Source: Alphaproteobacteria bacterium (GTDB lineage Bacteria > Pseudomonadota > Alphaproteobacteria > UBA7985 > JAUIBT01). Taken from it: a stretch of DNA of 64,000 nucleotides. The notes below the pieces were generated by a model. The model ran no database searches, was not told the origin of the DNA, and worked only from the letters and a program-made list of their open reading frames with translations. Position 1 is the stretch's first letter; the number at the start of each line of letters is the position of its first letter. Shown one piece after another: positions 1 through 8,953 of this stretch. Where the stretch lies: NCBI GenBank assembly GCA_030428255.1, contig JAUIBT010000018.1, forward strand, positions 18,378 through 82,377, in the 5' to 3' direction. The translations under genes and the position numbers were made by a program.

Positions 1-93
1 TGAACATGAATCGGTATTGATGGACGCAGGCGGTTGAACGCTGCGCAGTGGTCCTCTACACCGTGCGCTCCAGTCATGAAGCGGAAAGACACG

Positions 94-1617
94 ATGACCA
101 CCATTGATGCGCTGCTGAGCAACGCGACCTTGTTAAAGAACTTGTCACCAGCGGCTCTAACAGAGCATGCCGTCAACAAGGAGGGCGCTCGATTTAATCG
201 CTTTGGTGCCCTGGTGGTGGACACCGGAATCTTTACCGGCCGATCGCCCAAAGACAAGTTCGTCGTTCAGTCTCCCGAAAGCCAGGACCACATTTGGTGG
301 GGTGCCGTCAATCAACCCATCGCGCCTGAGAAACTCGACGGCCTTCTTTCGCGCCTTGAGAGCCATTTGGTCGGTCGATCGCTGTTTGTTTCAGATCTAG
401 CCGCTTGTGCCAGCGACGACCATCATTTCCCGGTGCGCATCGTCACCGAATTTGCCTGGCACAATCTGTTTGCCTCCAACATGTTCTTGCGTCCCAGTGC
501 CCAGGAGCGCGCGGCTCAGACCCCTGAGTTCACCGTCATTGACGTGCCGAGCTTCAAGGCGAATCCTGCGACTGATGGCACACGTAGCGAGACCTTTATC
601 ATTGTCTCGCTAGAAAAGCGGCTGGTACTGATTGGCGGCACGGAGTATGCTGGCGAAGTTAAGAAATCTGTCTTCTCCGTTCTGAACTATTTGCTGGTGG
701 ACAAGGGTGTTCTGCCCATGCACTGCTCGGCAAACACCGGCAAAGACGGTGATACCGCGCTGTTCTTTGGCCTGTCGGGCACCGGCAAGACCACACTGTC
801 AACCGACCCGCATCGCTCTTTGATTGGCGACGATGAACACGGCTGGAGCGATAGCGAGGTCTTCAACTTTGAAGGCGGCTGCTATGCCAAGGCCATTAAC
901 CTCAGCGCTGAACAAGAACCTGAGATCTACGCCACCACCCAGCGCTTTGGCACCATCCTGGAAAACGTTGCCATGGATGAGGACACCCGCGAAATCGACT
1001 ATGCCGACGGTTCGAAGACGGAAAACACGCGCGTATCCTATCCCATCGATTATATCGACAATATTCAGCCCGGCAGCCGCGGCGGCAAACCTCAAAATAT
1101 CTTCTTCTTGTCTGCTGATGCCTTTGGCGTTCTACCGCCCATCGCCAAACTGACGCCTGAAACCGCCATGCGCTATTTCTTGGCGGGCTATACGGCCAAA
1201 TTGGCAGGCACAGAGCGGGGCGTCACCACGCCAGAAGCCACCTTCTCACCTTGCTTCGGCGGTCCTTTCTTGCCGCGCCCACCCAAGATCTACGGCAAGA
1301 TGCTGGCCAAGAAGATTGCTGAAACCAATGCCAAGGTTTGGCTGATCAACACCGGCTGGAGCGGCGGTGCTTACGGCGAAGGCCAGCGGGTCAAGCTGCG
1401 CTATACGCGCGCCATGATTAACGCGGCGCTTGACGGCTCGTTGGATGCAGTCCCGACCCGCCAAGACCAGCGCTTTGATTTGGAAGTCCCGTTGGAGGTG
1501 CCTGGCGTGCCCAGCGATTTGTTGGACCCACGCGCGTGTTGGAGTGATCCAGCGGCCTATGACGCCATGGCCGACAAGCTGAGAGCAGACTTCGACGCGG
1601 CGCTCGAAAAACTATAG
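94..1617 (+). CDS. pckA: phosphoenolpyruvate carboxykinase (ATP)
   Basis: Motifs TGRSPKDKF, YAGEVKKS, LFFGLSGTGKTTLS (P-loop), FNFEGGCYAK. ATG at 94 follows a purine-rich SD-like stretch. Confidence 0.97.
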   Translation: MTTIDALLSNATLLKNLSPAALTEHAVNKEGARFNRFGALVVDTGIFTGRSPKDKFVVQSPESQDHIWWGAVNQPIAPEKLDGLLSRLESHLVGRSLFVSDLAACASDDHHFPVRIVTEFAWHNLFASNMFLRPSAQERAAQTPEFTVIDVPSFKANPATDGTRSETFIIVSLEKRLVLIGGTEYAGEVKKSVFSVLNYLLVDKGVLPMHCSANTGKDGDTALFFGLSGTGKTTLSTDPHRSLIGDDEHGWSDSEVFNFEGGCYAKAINLSAEQEPEIYATTQRFGTILENVAMDEDTREIDYADGSKTENTRVSYPIDYIDNIQPGSRGGKPQNIFFLSADAFGVLPPIAKLTPETAMRYFLAGYTAKLAGTERGVTTPEATFSPCFGGPFLPRPPKIYGKMLAKKIAETNAKVWLINTGWSGGAYGEGQRVKLRYTRAMINAALDGSLDAVPTRQDQRFDLEVPLEVPGVPSDLLDPRACWSDPAAYDAMADKLRADFDAALEKL

Positions 1618-1644
1618 GCGTTGTTCGCTACCGACAAGAAAACC

Positions 1645-1680
1645 AAGGGGGCGGCACACGCGATATGGCGGCCCCCTTTT
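1645..1680. terminator. probable bidirectional intrinsic terminator
   Basis: AAGGGGGC...GCCCCCTTTT hairpin between convergent stop codons. Confidence 0.6.
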
Positions 1681-2324
1681 TAAGTCTCGACCAGCCCACA
1701 AACCACTAAGGCATAAGCATTCTGCCACTCCTTCAGCTTTGGTGGCGGTGCGGCTGCCAGCTCAAAGACTTCTTGCTCTTGGCTCTCGCCGCGAACCACG
1801 GTCGCCGATTGAGCAATGAAATCCAGATCGCAGCGCCCTTGGTGCTCCAGATCCAATGTGTCGAAATAATCATAGCTGAAGGCGTCGACCTGCCAGCTTT
1901 GGTCCCAACGTAGCGTCAGGCTCTGTTGCCAGCGGTTGCGTCCAATTGCGGTGTTCTGCGTGACCACAACCAGACGGCCAAGGTCGTCAAGCAGCAAACT
2001 CGGCTCCTGGCCGAACATGGCTCGATTGCCCCACAAGATCCGCGGGTGCCAGGCACTTAGTTCCAGGCGACCGGTGTCGGAATCGCTAAGATAGAGGGCA
2101 AGGCCTGCATCCTCGCCGTCTTGCGATGGCCCAAGGATGAGGGCGGCGTCAACCACGCCGTCACCGTTCCAATCACCGGCCTCAGCAGCCCAAACCTCAG
2201 TCAACGCGAAGGTCTGCGCCAGGGCATTGCTCGTCGCGGTGCCGCCGACGGCTGTACCAGTTATCAGCAAGGCCGTCAGTCGCCCTAGGGCTTGTCCTGC
2301 TGTAGTTGGTTGAGACCGCTTCAT
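1680..2324 (-). CDS. hypothetical exported protein with an FG-GAP/Ca-binding-like DWNGDG motif
   Basis: Open frame, SD-like AAGAAAGG before ATG 2324, signal-peptide-like N-terminus, GDWNGDGVVD motif, Trp/Asp-rich C-terminus. Confidence 0.7.
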   Translation of the reverse strand: MKRSQPTTAGQALGRLTALLITGTAVGGTATSNALAQTFALTEVWAAEAGDWNGDGVVDAALILGPSQDGEDAGLALYLSDSDTGRLELSAWHPRILWGNRAMFGQEPSLLLDDLGRLVVVTQNTAIGRNRWQQSLTLRWDQSWQVDAFSYDYFDTLDLEHQGRCDLDFIAQSATVVRGESQEQEVFELAAAPPPKLKEWQNAYALVVCGLVET

Positions 2325-2501
2325 GCTCGGACCTTTCTTGGCTGTTCCTGCTGCAAGGCGCTCGGTTTCTGTTCCAAGCTTCATTTACAAACTTGACAAA
2401 CCAATGGCGTGCTCGTGCCAATGGTACTCAAGCGCACTTGGTGCTTGCTAGTAATATAAAACCAAACATCGCTCGTTTGGCGCGTAATGCAGGAGAGACA
2501 C

Positions 2502-3389
2502 ATGCCCGTACTAGAACACGCCTATGCCATTGCTCGCGCGCGCAAAGCCCGAGTGGTTTTGCCAGAGCAGGACGACGCAAGGGTGCAGGCCGCTGCTGAG
2601 ACCTTGGCCCAAAGAGGCTTAGCCGAACCTGTCTGGCTGTCGAGCGCTCAACCGCCGGAAACCTATGTGGATGTCGTGTTGAAGGCCAAGCCCAAGCTCA
2701 GCTTAGAAGACGCCATGGGCCTTCTGACCCGCGAGCCTATGATGCGCGCTGCGGCCATGGTCGCCAAAGGCGAAGTGGATGCGATGGTGGCAGGGGCGGC
2801 AACTGCGACCTCGCGGGTCATACGGTCCGCGATTTATACTGTCGGTATGGCACCGGGGGTCTCGCGAGCCTCCAGCTTCTTCTTGCTGAAATTTCCAGAC
2901 GGACGGTATTTTGTCTTTGCTGACTGCGCGGTGAATCTTAACCCAGACGCCCAGGCCCTGGCGGCCATCGCCAAGGCGTCTGCGACCAGCGGCGCCGCGC
3001 TGTTGGGCGATGCGCGCGTCGCGCTGCTATCGTATTCGACCTTGGACTCTGGGGCAGGGCCAAGCGTTGAGGTGGTGCGCGAGGCAATGGCGCTGTTGGA
3101 GGGGCAGGGGCTTCACATAGCTGGGCCTTGCCAGGCTGACGCCGCCCTCAATCCTTTGATTGCAAGCCGCAAGGGCATACACACAGGCGGCAACGCGAAT
3201 GTGCTGATCTTCCCGTCTTTGGACGCGGGCAACATTGCCTACAAGCTGTGCCAGGAGCTGGCAGGCGCACAGGCGATCGGCCCCTTCTTGCAGGGCTTTG
3301 CCAAGCCTATTTGCGATCTGTCGCGCGGAGCAAGCGCTCAAGACATCGTGGATTCGACCGCCGTGACCATTGCAATGGCGGCTGCTTGA
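2502..3389 (+). CDS. pta: phosphate acetyltransferase (short, catalytic domain only)
   Basis: FADCAV, ALLSYST, ANVLIFPSLDAGNIAYKL, GPFLQG, DLSRG motifs. GGAGAG before ATG 2502. Confidence 0.88.
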   Translation: MPVLEHAYAIARARKARVVLPEQDDARVQAAAETLAQRGLAEPVWLSSAQPPETYVDVVLKAKPKLSLEDAMGLLTREPMMRAAAMVAKGEVDAMVAGAATATSRVIRSAIYTVGMAPGVSRASSFFLLKFPDGRYFVFADCAVNLNPDAQALAAIAKASATSGAALLGDARVALLSYSTLDSGAGPSVEVVREAMALLEGQGLHIAGPCQADAALNPLIASRKGIHTGGNANVLIFPSLDAGNIAYKLCQELAGAQAIGPFLQGFAKPICDLSRGASAQDIVDSTAVTIAMAAA

Positions 3390-3529
3390 CCTCGTACCCG
3401 ATCACATCTGGGTTTTAAGCGATCTCGAAACTTGGCTGATGGCTTGTTGGCGCGCTATGACCGAGGTTGGCGAGCCCCTTGAGTCCAAATCAGGCGCCCG
3501 CGTCTTAATGGACAGCAATCCGAGGCCCT

Positions 3530-4099
3530 ATGATTTTGACGATCCACCGCACCGCATATGTTCTGGTAATGCTGCAGGTTTTCCTTGGCTTGGCGGTGTT
3601 TCACCCCAGCGCCGCCCAAGCGCAATCGCTTTGGGTCTGGCAACAGCGCATCGCCTGGCAATTCGCGGTCGATCAACTGCCGCCCAGCGAGATGGACGCC
3701 ATGCAAGCGCGCCTGCCAGCCGAACAGCTCTTGATCCTGGATGTGCGTGAGCCCGACGAGTTTGCGGTGTCCCACCTGCAAGGTGCTCAACAGGTCGATC
3801 CGGCCATGTCCGCTGAGGCATTCATGCAAAGCTACGGGGAGCAGGTCCGGGGCAAAACGCTTGTCTTCTATTGCTCGATTGGGTGGCGCAGCTCCGAGCT
3901 TGCGGAACGATTGAGCCCGGCGCTTCGAAGTGCGGGGGCGGTGCAGATACATAACCTTCGCGGTGGGATTTTCCGTTGGCACAACGAGCAACGGCCGCTG
4001 GTCAATGCCAAGGGCGCAACCGATTGGGTCCATCCCTACAGCCCGGATTGGTCTGGCTTGGTTGAACGCCAGGCGCGCACAGCCTACCAGCCGCAATAA
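3530..4099 (+). CDS. exported rhodanese-like sulfurtransferase
   Basis: ILDVREPDEFAVSHLQGA, active-site loop YCSIGWRS, NLRGGIFRW; signal-peptide-like N-terminus. Confidence 0.85.
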   Translation: MILTIHRTAYVLVMLQVFLGLAVFHPSAAQAQSLWVWQQRIAWQFAVDQLPPSEMDAMQARLPAEQLLILDVREPDEFAVSHLQGAQQVDPAMSAEAFMQSYGEQVRGKTLVFYCSIGWRSSELAERLSPALRSAGAVQIHNLRGGIFRWHNEQRPLVNAKGATDWVHPYSPDWSGLVERQARTAYQPQ

Positions 4100-4173
4100 G
4101 AAATACCCAAGCAGCTCCATTGAACCGCTTGGGCTATGTGTTGGTCGCATCCATTCGCTAGCGATAGCCAATC

Positions 4174-4196
4174 CTTAGGGGCTGGCGATCCCTAAG
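4174..4196. terminator. hairpin between convergent genes
   Basis: CTTAGGG-N9-CCCTAAG; no clear U-tract. Confidence 0.4.
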
Positions 4197-4212
4197 ACCG
4201 TCTGGCTCAGAC

Positions 4213-4698
4213 TTATTGCTGAACTACGATCTTTGTGCGCTTTGGTCCGTAGGCGCGCACCATGTTGTAGAACCGGTAGGCTTGCAGCGGGGTCAGGCGA
4301 ATACAGCCGTGAGAGGCTGCAACACCGCCGGGACCGCCAACCGACTGGTGAATGGCATAACCGCCGTGAAAGAAAACGGCATAATGCATAGGCGCATCGT
4401 CATAGGTTTTGGAGAAGTAACGCTCGTAGATGCGCGTGGGGCGATAGCTACCGGTCGGCGTCTCAAAGCCTTTCTTGCCAGAAGAGATGGTCCAGCAGAA
4501 CGACCGCTTGTCGGTACGTGTGATGCACATCTCCTGCTCGGACAGGTCAATAACGGCCTTCATCTCGCCGTCTTTGATGGTGTTGGTGTACTCGCCTGGC
4601 ACGCGTTCGATGCTGGAATACTTGGTTTTGAACTTGGTTGCGGCCTGCGCTGTGCTCGCGAGAAGCAGGCAGGTGAGGATAAGAGCAAGGTGTCGCAT
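4213..4698 (-). CDS. L,D-transpeptidase (YkuD family)
   Basis: Signal peptide; IDLSEQEM, ISSGKKGFETPTG, YAIH...ASHGCIRL catalytic motif. Confidence 0.9.
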   Translation of the reverse strand: MRHLALILTCLLLASTAQAATKFKTKYSSIERVPGEYTNTIKDGEMKAVIDLSEQEMCITRTDKRSFCWTISSGKKGFETPTGSYRPTRIYERYFSKTYDDAPMHYAVFFHGGYAIHQSVGGPGGVAASHGCIRLTPLQAYRFYNMVRAYGPKRTKIVVQQ

Positions 4699-4821
4699 AA
4701 ATCTCTGTTGGAAATTGGGGTGATGACCTGTCGCCACTTAGCTGCCATTTTTGGCGAAAATTTGTAAGCCTGGCGCAACGGGGATAACTATTCGCGATGA
4801 TGGTCTTCGGACTTAAGGCTT

Positions 4822-6072
4822 TCAGCTTGCCTCAGCCAGGGCTTTGAACGCGCACTCCAGGTCGGCTTTTAGATCTTCTAGCGCTTCCAGGCCGATATGG
4901 AAACGCAGCATGGGGCCAGATAGCTCAAGGCTGGGCGGCCAGGGTGTGGCGCTGCGCGACTGCTCGGGGTATTGTGGGACGACCAGCGATTCAAAGCCGC
5001 CCCAGGAATAGCCCATAGAGAACAGCGTTAAGGTCTCGACGAAGGCGGCGACCTGCTCACGGCTGGTGCCGGGCTGCAGCAAGACGCTGAACAGGCCCGA
5101 ACACCCTTCAAAAAGTTGATTGAAGATCTCGTGTTGTGGGTGCGACGGCAGGCCAGGATGCAGGACTGCGGCGACTTCGGGGCGCTGCTCGAACCATGAC
5201 GCCATGTCGAGCCCGGCTTGGTGGTGGTGGCGTAGGCGAACGTCCATGGTTCGTAGGCCGCGAAGCGCCAAGGCCGCTTCGTCTGGGGCAATGCGGTGAC
5301 CAATCAGATAGGCTTGCTTACGTAAGGCAAGCAGCGTGTCTCCCTTGGCCGCGACGACGCCTAACATAGCGTCTGAATGTCCAACGATATACTTGGTGCC
5401 CGCTTGAACAGAAACGTCGACGCCGTGATCTAGAGGTTTGAAAAACAGTGGGGTTGCCCAGGTGTTGTCGATTGCACTGACAACGCCAGCCTCGCGCGCA
5501 ACCTTGGCCAAGGCCACAACGTCTTGGACCTCAAAGGTCAAAGATCCAGGCGCTTCCATATAGAGAAGCTTGGTGTTGGGACGTATGATCGCCGCCAGCT
5601 CCTGTGGGCCAATCAAAGGGTCGTAGTAACTAGTCTCGACACCAAAGCGGGCCAGGTACTCGTCGCAGAAGGTGCGGACCGGTCCATACACGCTGTCGGT
5701 CATCAAGATGTGGTCACCCGTATTGACGAATGCGGTCAGGGTAATCGTCGCGGCCGCTAGACCCGATTCAAGGCAGACGGCTCCATCTGCATGATCCAGC
5801 TTGCCCAGCATGTCCTCAAAGGCCCAAACACTATCGCTGCCCGAACGTCCATAACCGCTTCTACCTTGAGCTCTCAGCGCAGGGTAGGTCCGCGCGAGTG
5901 TGTCAAGGCTGTCAAATGTAAGGGTCGACGCCCGGTAGATCGGCGGATTGATGGTACCAAGGCCTGTATTGGGCATAATGGTGCCCCGCGCTTCGTGCGC
6001 CAAAAGGGTGGCATCGTTGTTGGAGTTGGGCAAATGCTTGGGCGAATCCGAAGGCATAGTTGGCTTGGACAT
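4822..6072 (-). CDS. metC: cystathionine beta-lyase
   Basis: INPPIYRAST, YGRSG, DNTWATP, PLP lysine motif QAGTKYIVGHSD, FSMGYSWGGFESL, RFHIGLE. Confidence 0.9.
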   Translation of the reverse strand: MSKPTMPSDSPKHLPNSNNDATLLAHEARGTIMPNTGLGTINPPIYRASTLTFDSLDTLARTYPALRAQGRSGYGRSGSDSVWAFEDMLGKLDHADGAVCLESGLAAATITLTAFVNTGDHILMTDSVYGPVRTFCDEYLARFGVETSYYDPLIGPQELAAIIRPNTKLLYMEAPGSLTFEVQDVVALAKVAREAGVVSAIDNTWATPLFFKPLDHGVDVSVQAGTKYIVGHSDAMLGVVAAKGDTLLALRKQAYLIGHRIAPDEAALALRGLRTMDVRLRHHHQAGLDMASWFEQRPEVAAVLHPGLPSHPQHEIFNQLFEGCSGLFSVLLQPGTSREQVAAFVETLTLFSMGYSWGGFESLVVPQYPEQSRSATPWPPSLELSGPMLRFHIGLEALEDLKADLECAFKALAEAS

Positions 6073-6177
6073 GGGTCTGATTTGGGGCCTAAATTGAAAT
6101 AACGGGTCGATTCGAGCTATGCTCTGACATCATGGGGCCTATGAACAGCACGCTTGGCTTAAAAACGAAAGGAAAAG

Positions 6178-6197
6178 TTTCCGGAAGCTTTCGGAAA
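6178..6197. promoter_or_regulatory. 20-bp near-perfect palindrome (operator candidate) in the divergent metC/aapJ intergenic region
   Basis: TTTCCGGAAGCTTTCGGAAA has one mismatched pair. Confidence 0.4.
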
Positions 6198-6299
6198 TAT
6201 CTTTACGTTTGCATTCCGGCGTGCATGTTTGTAGCACCGTGTCAGCGACCCCCTCGGGTCGCTATACGAACATTGGAAAAAAACGAAAAAGGTAGAGAC

Positions 6300-7313
6300 A
6301 TGAAAAACATCATGTTGACGACAGTGGCGGCGGTTGCACTCGCAGGCACCGCGTTTGCACAAAGCGCAACGCTGGACGCTGTTATGGAACGCGGCCAGTT
6401 GATCTGTGGCGTGTCTACAGGCGTGGCAGGTTTCTCAATTGCTGACGACGGCGGTAACTATACTGGCTTGGACGTGGACGTTTGCCGCGCGGTTGCTGCT
6501 GCGGTTCTGAACGACGCGCAAGCTGTTAAGTTTGTTCCGTTGACTTCTAAGGAGCGTTTCACAGCGCTGCAGTCTGGCGAAATCGACGTTCTGTCGCGTA
6601 ACACCACCTGGACCTACACCCGTGACGTTGATCTGGGTCTGGAGTTCGTTGGCGTATCTTACTACGACGGTCAGGGCTTCATGGTCCGCAAAGACCTGGG
6701 CATCAGTTCAGCCAGCGAGCTGGACGGCGCGTCTGTTTGTGTTATCACTGGCACAACCACAGAGCTGAACTTGGCCGACTACTTTGCGTCTAACGGCATG
6801 TCTTACGAGGGCGTGGTTGTTGAGACCAACGCCGAGACCAACCAGAACTACGAAGCTGGTCGTTGTGACGTCTTCACAACTGACGCATCTGGTCTGGCTG
6901 CGAACCGTTCTCAGATGGCAGAGCCTGAGGCTCACATGATCCTGCCAGAGATCATTTCAAAAGAGCCTCTGGGCCCAGTTGTTCGCCACGGTGACAACGT
7001 ATGGGGCGACATCGTTCGCTGGACCCTGAACTCTTTGATCATTGCTGAAGAAAAAGGCCTGACCGGCGCTGGCGTTGCTGCCGCTGGTGACTCTGGTGAT
7101 CCGGAAGTCCGCCGTCTGGTGGGCGCGGAAGGCGACAAAGCTGCCTCTTTGGGGCTGGACTCAGACGCATTTGGCCGTGCAATCGCAGCCGTTGGTAACT
7201 ACGGTGAGATCTTCGAGCGCAACGTAGGCCCGAACACTCCAGTTGGCCTGGAGCGCGGTCTGAACGCACAGTGGACCAAGGGCGGCATTCTGTACGCTCC
7301 TCCGTTCCGCTAA
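6300..7313 (+). CDS. aapJ: general L-amino acid ABC transporter substrate-binding protein (AapJ/BztA)
   Basis: Signal peptide; GLDVDVCRAVAAA, ERFTALQSGEIDVLSRNTTWT, ISKEPLGP, GNYGEIFERN, YAPPFR. Confidence 0.93.
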   Translation: MKNIMLTTVAAVALAGTAFAQSATLDAVMERGQLICGVSTGVAGFSIADDGGNYTGLDVDVCRAVAAAVLNDAQAVKFVPLTSKERFTALQSGEIDVLSRNTTWTYTRDVDLGLEFVGVSYYDGQGFMVRKDLGISSASELDGASVCVITGTTTELNLADYFASNGMSYEGVVVETNAETNQNYEAGRCDVFTTDASGLAANRSQMAEPEAHMILPEIISKEPLGPVVRHGDNVWGDIVRWTLNSLIIAEEKGLTGAGVAAAGDSGDPEVRRLVGAEGDKAASLGLDSDAFGRAIAAVGNYGEIFERNVGPNTPVGLERGLNAQWTKGGILYAPPFR

Positions 7314-7326
7314 GAGCGACATGCAA

Positions 7327-7355
7327 GGGGGGCAGGCTTTCGACCTGCCCCTTTT
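7327..7355 (+). terminator. intrinsic terminator after aapJ
   Basis: GGGGCAGG-ctttcga-CCTGCCCC followed by TTTT. Confidence 0.8.
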
Positions 7356-7787
7356 CGCATGACCCGACTGTAAGCGGGCTGCCGCGGTTGCTTTGGCCAA
7401 AGGGGCCACGCAAACAGTCGAAAGAGTGCAGGATGTAAGCTACCATCGATGCACGTCTTCAATAATACAGGATGTCTAAGCAGCTTTGCTGGGGCGTGGC
7501 GGTGGCAAGAAGTGTGAACCTCCAGCACCAGAACAGCGACGCCAAGACGGGGGCGGGCCCCAGTGTTTGCAGGTCTAATTTAGGACCCGCACGAGGCCCG
7601 GCATGAGATCGAAAAAACTGTTGGCCGTGGTTCTTGGCGCTTGTCGCGACAACGACCTGGCTGCGCGTATCCGCGAGATTGCACTGGGCAGCTAGCGCGT
7701 ACTCAGGACTCGCTTCAGGATCAGATCGTTACCTCCGCCAAACGCGCGATGCGACAGGACCTGTACGCCAACCTGACGGGGATAGCC

Positions 7788-8951
7788 GTGGACATATTAA
7801 GCAACAAACGCTTTCGCGCGATCGCTTTCCAGCTCATCGTGCTGCTTGGGTTTTTGGGCCTGCTGGCCTACATCACGCGCAACGCCATCCACAACATGCG
7901 CGAACTCAATATCCTACCCAAAGGTAACTTCCTGACTGAACCAGGCAGTGTCGATAACCTTGGCTGGGTGGCACTGGACCTTATGTCGGTTGGCGCGCGC
8001 GACCCGATTTGGATGTTCTTCGTTGGCTCGGCCATCAACACCATTTACATCGCAATCCTTGGCATTTTCTTTGCCACCGTTTTAGGTTTCATTATCGGCG
8101 TTATGCGCCTGTCGCCTAACTGGTTGGTGAGCCGTGTTGCCGCGGTCTACGTTGAAATCTTCCGCAATGTGCCTTTGTTGCTATGGATTCTATTGATCAA
8201 CGCGATCGTCTTCTTGCCCTGGCCGTCGCCCAAGGAAGCCATTCCTGTCTTTGATGCCTTCGTTGCCTCCAACAGAGGCCTCTACGCACCGCGGGGTATC
8301 CCCTTGGACGGTGCCTCTACGGTCGGGTTCGTTTTCTTGGCGGGCATAATCGCCGCTATCGTTTGGTCGGTCTACACCCGCCGCGTGCAGGCCAAGACCG
8401 GCAAGCAGTTGCCAGTGTTCTGGGTCAATGCCGCGATGATCATCGCGGTTCCCTTGGCAGTCTTCTTTGTGATGGGCCAGCCCCTGTCGTGGGAAACGCC
8501 TCAGCTGAAGGGATTCAACTACTCTGGCGGCGTCAAGCTGCTTCCCCAGTTTTTGGCGCTCTTGACCGCCCTGTCTCTCTACACCGCTGCGTTTATCGCT
8601 GAAATCGTTCGTGCGGGCATTCTGTCGGTGAACAAGGGACAGCGTGAGGCAGCTTCGTCGCTGGGCTTGCGGCCGAACCTGGTCATGAACCTCGTGATCA
8701 TTCCTCAGGCTCTGCGTGTGATCATTCCGCCGCTCACCAGTCAGTATTTGAACCTGACCAAGAACTCATCTTTGGCGATCGTTGTAGGCTACCAGGAGAT
8801 CGTCGCGGTCTTTATGGGCACGATCCTTAATCAGTCGGGCCGCGCGGTGGAAATTATCGGCATGACCATGGCCTTCTATCTGTCTGTCAGCTTGCTGATT
8901 TCCTTCATCATGAACATCTACAATCGCGCTGTCGCGCTGAAGGAGCGTTGA
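7788..8951 (+). CDS. aapQ: general L-amino acid ABC transporter permease (AapQ/BztB); start uncertain (GTG 7788 or ATG 7749)
   Basis: YVEIFRNVPLLL, SLYTAAFIAEIVRAGILSV..GQREAA (EAA loop), YLNLTKNSSLA. GGGGA before GTG 7788. Confidence 0.9.
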   Translation: MDILSNKRFRAIAFQLIVLLGFLGLLAYITRNAIHNMRELNILPKGNFLTEPGSVDNLGWVALDLMSVGARDPIWMFFVGSAINTIYIAILGIFFATVLGFIIGVMRLSPNWLVSRVAAVYVEIFRNVPLLLWILLINAIVFLPWPSPKEAIPVFDAFVASNRGLYAPRGIPLDGASTVGFVFLAGIIAAIVWSVYTRRVQAKTGKQLPVFWVNAAMIIAVPLAVFFVMGQPLSWETPQLKGFNYSGGVKLLPQFLALLTALSLYTAAFIAEIVRAGILSVNKGQREAASSLGLRPNLVMNLVIIPQALRVIIPPLTSQYLNLTKNSSLAIVVGYQEIVAVFMGTILNQSGRAVEIIGMTMAFYLSVSLLISFIMNIYNRAVALKER

Positions 8952-8953
8952 TC

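Noticed and set aside
6211-6226. TGCAT-N6-GTGCA as an NtrC site upstream of aapJ
   Set aside because: One base shorter than the TGCAC-N7-GTGCA consensus, and no clear sigma54 -24/-12 was found.
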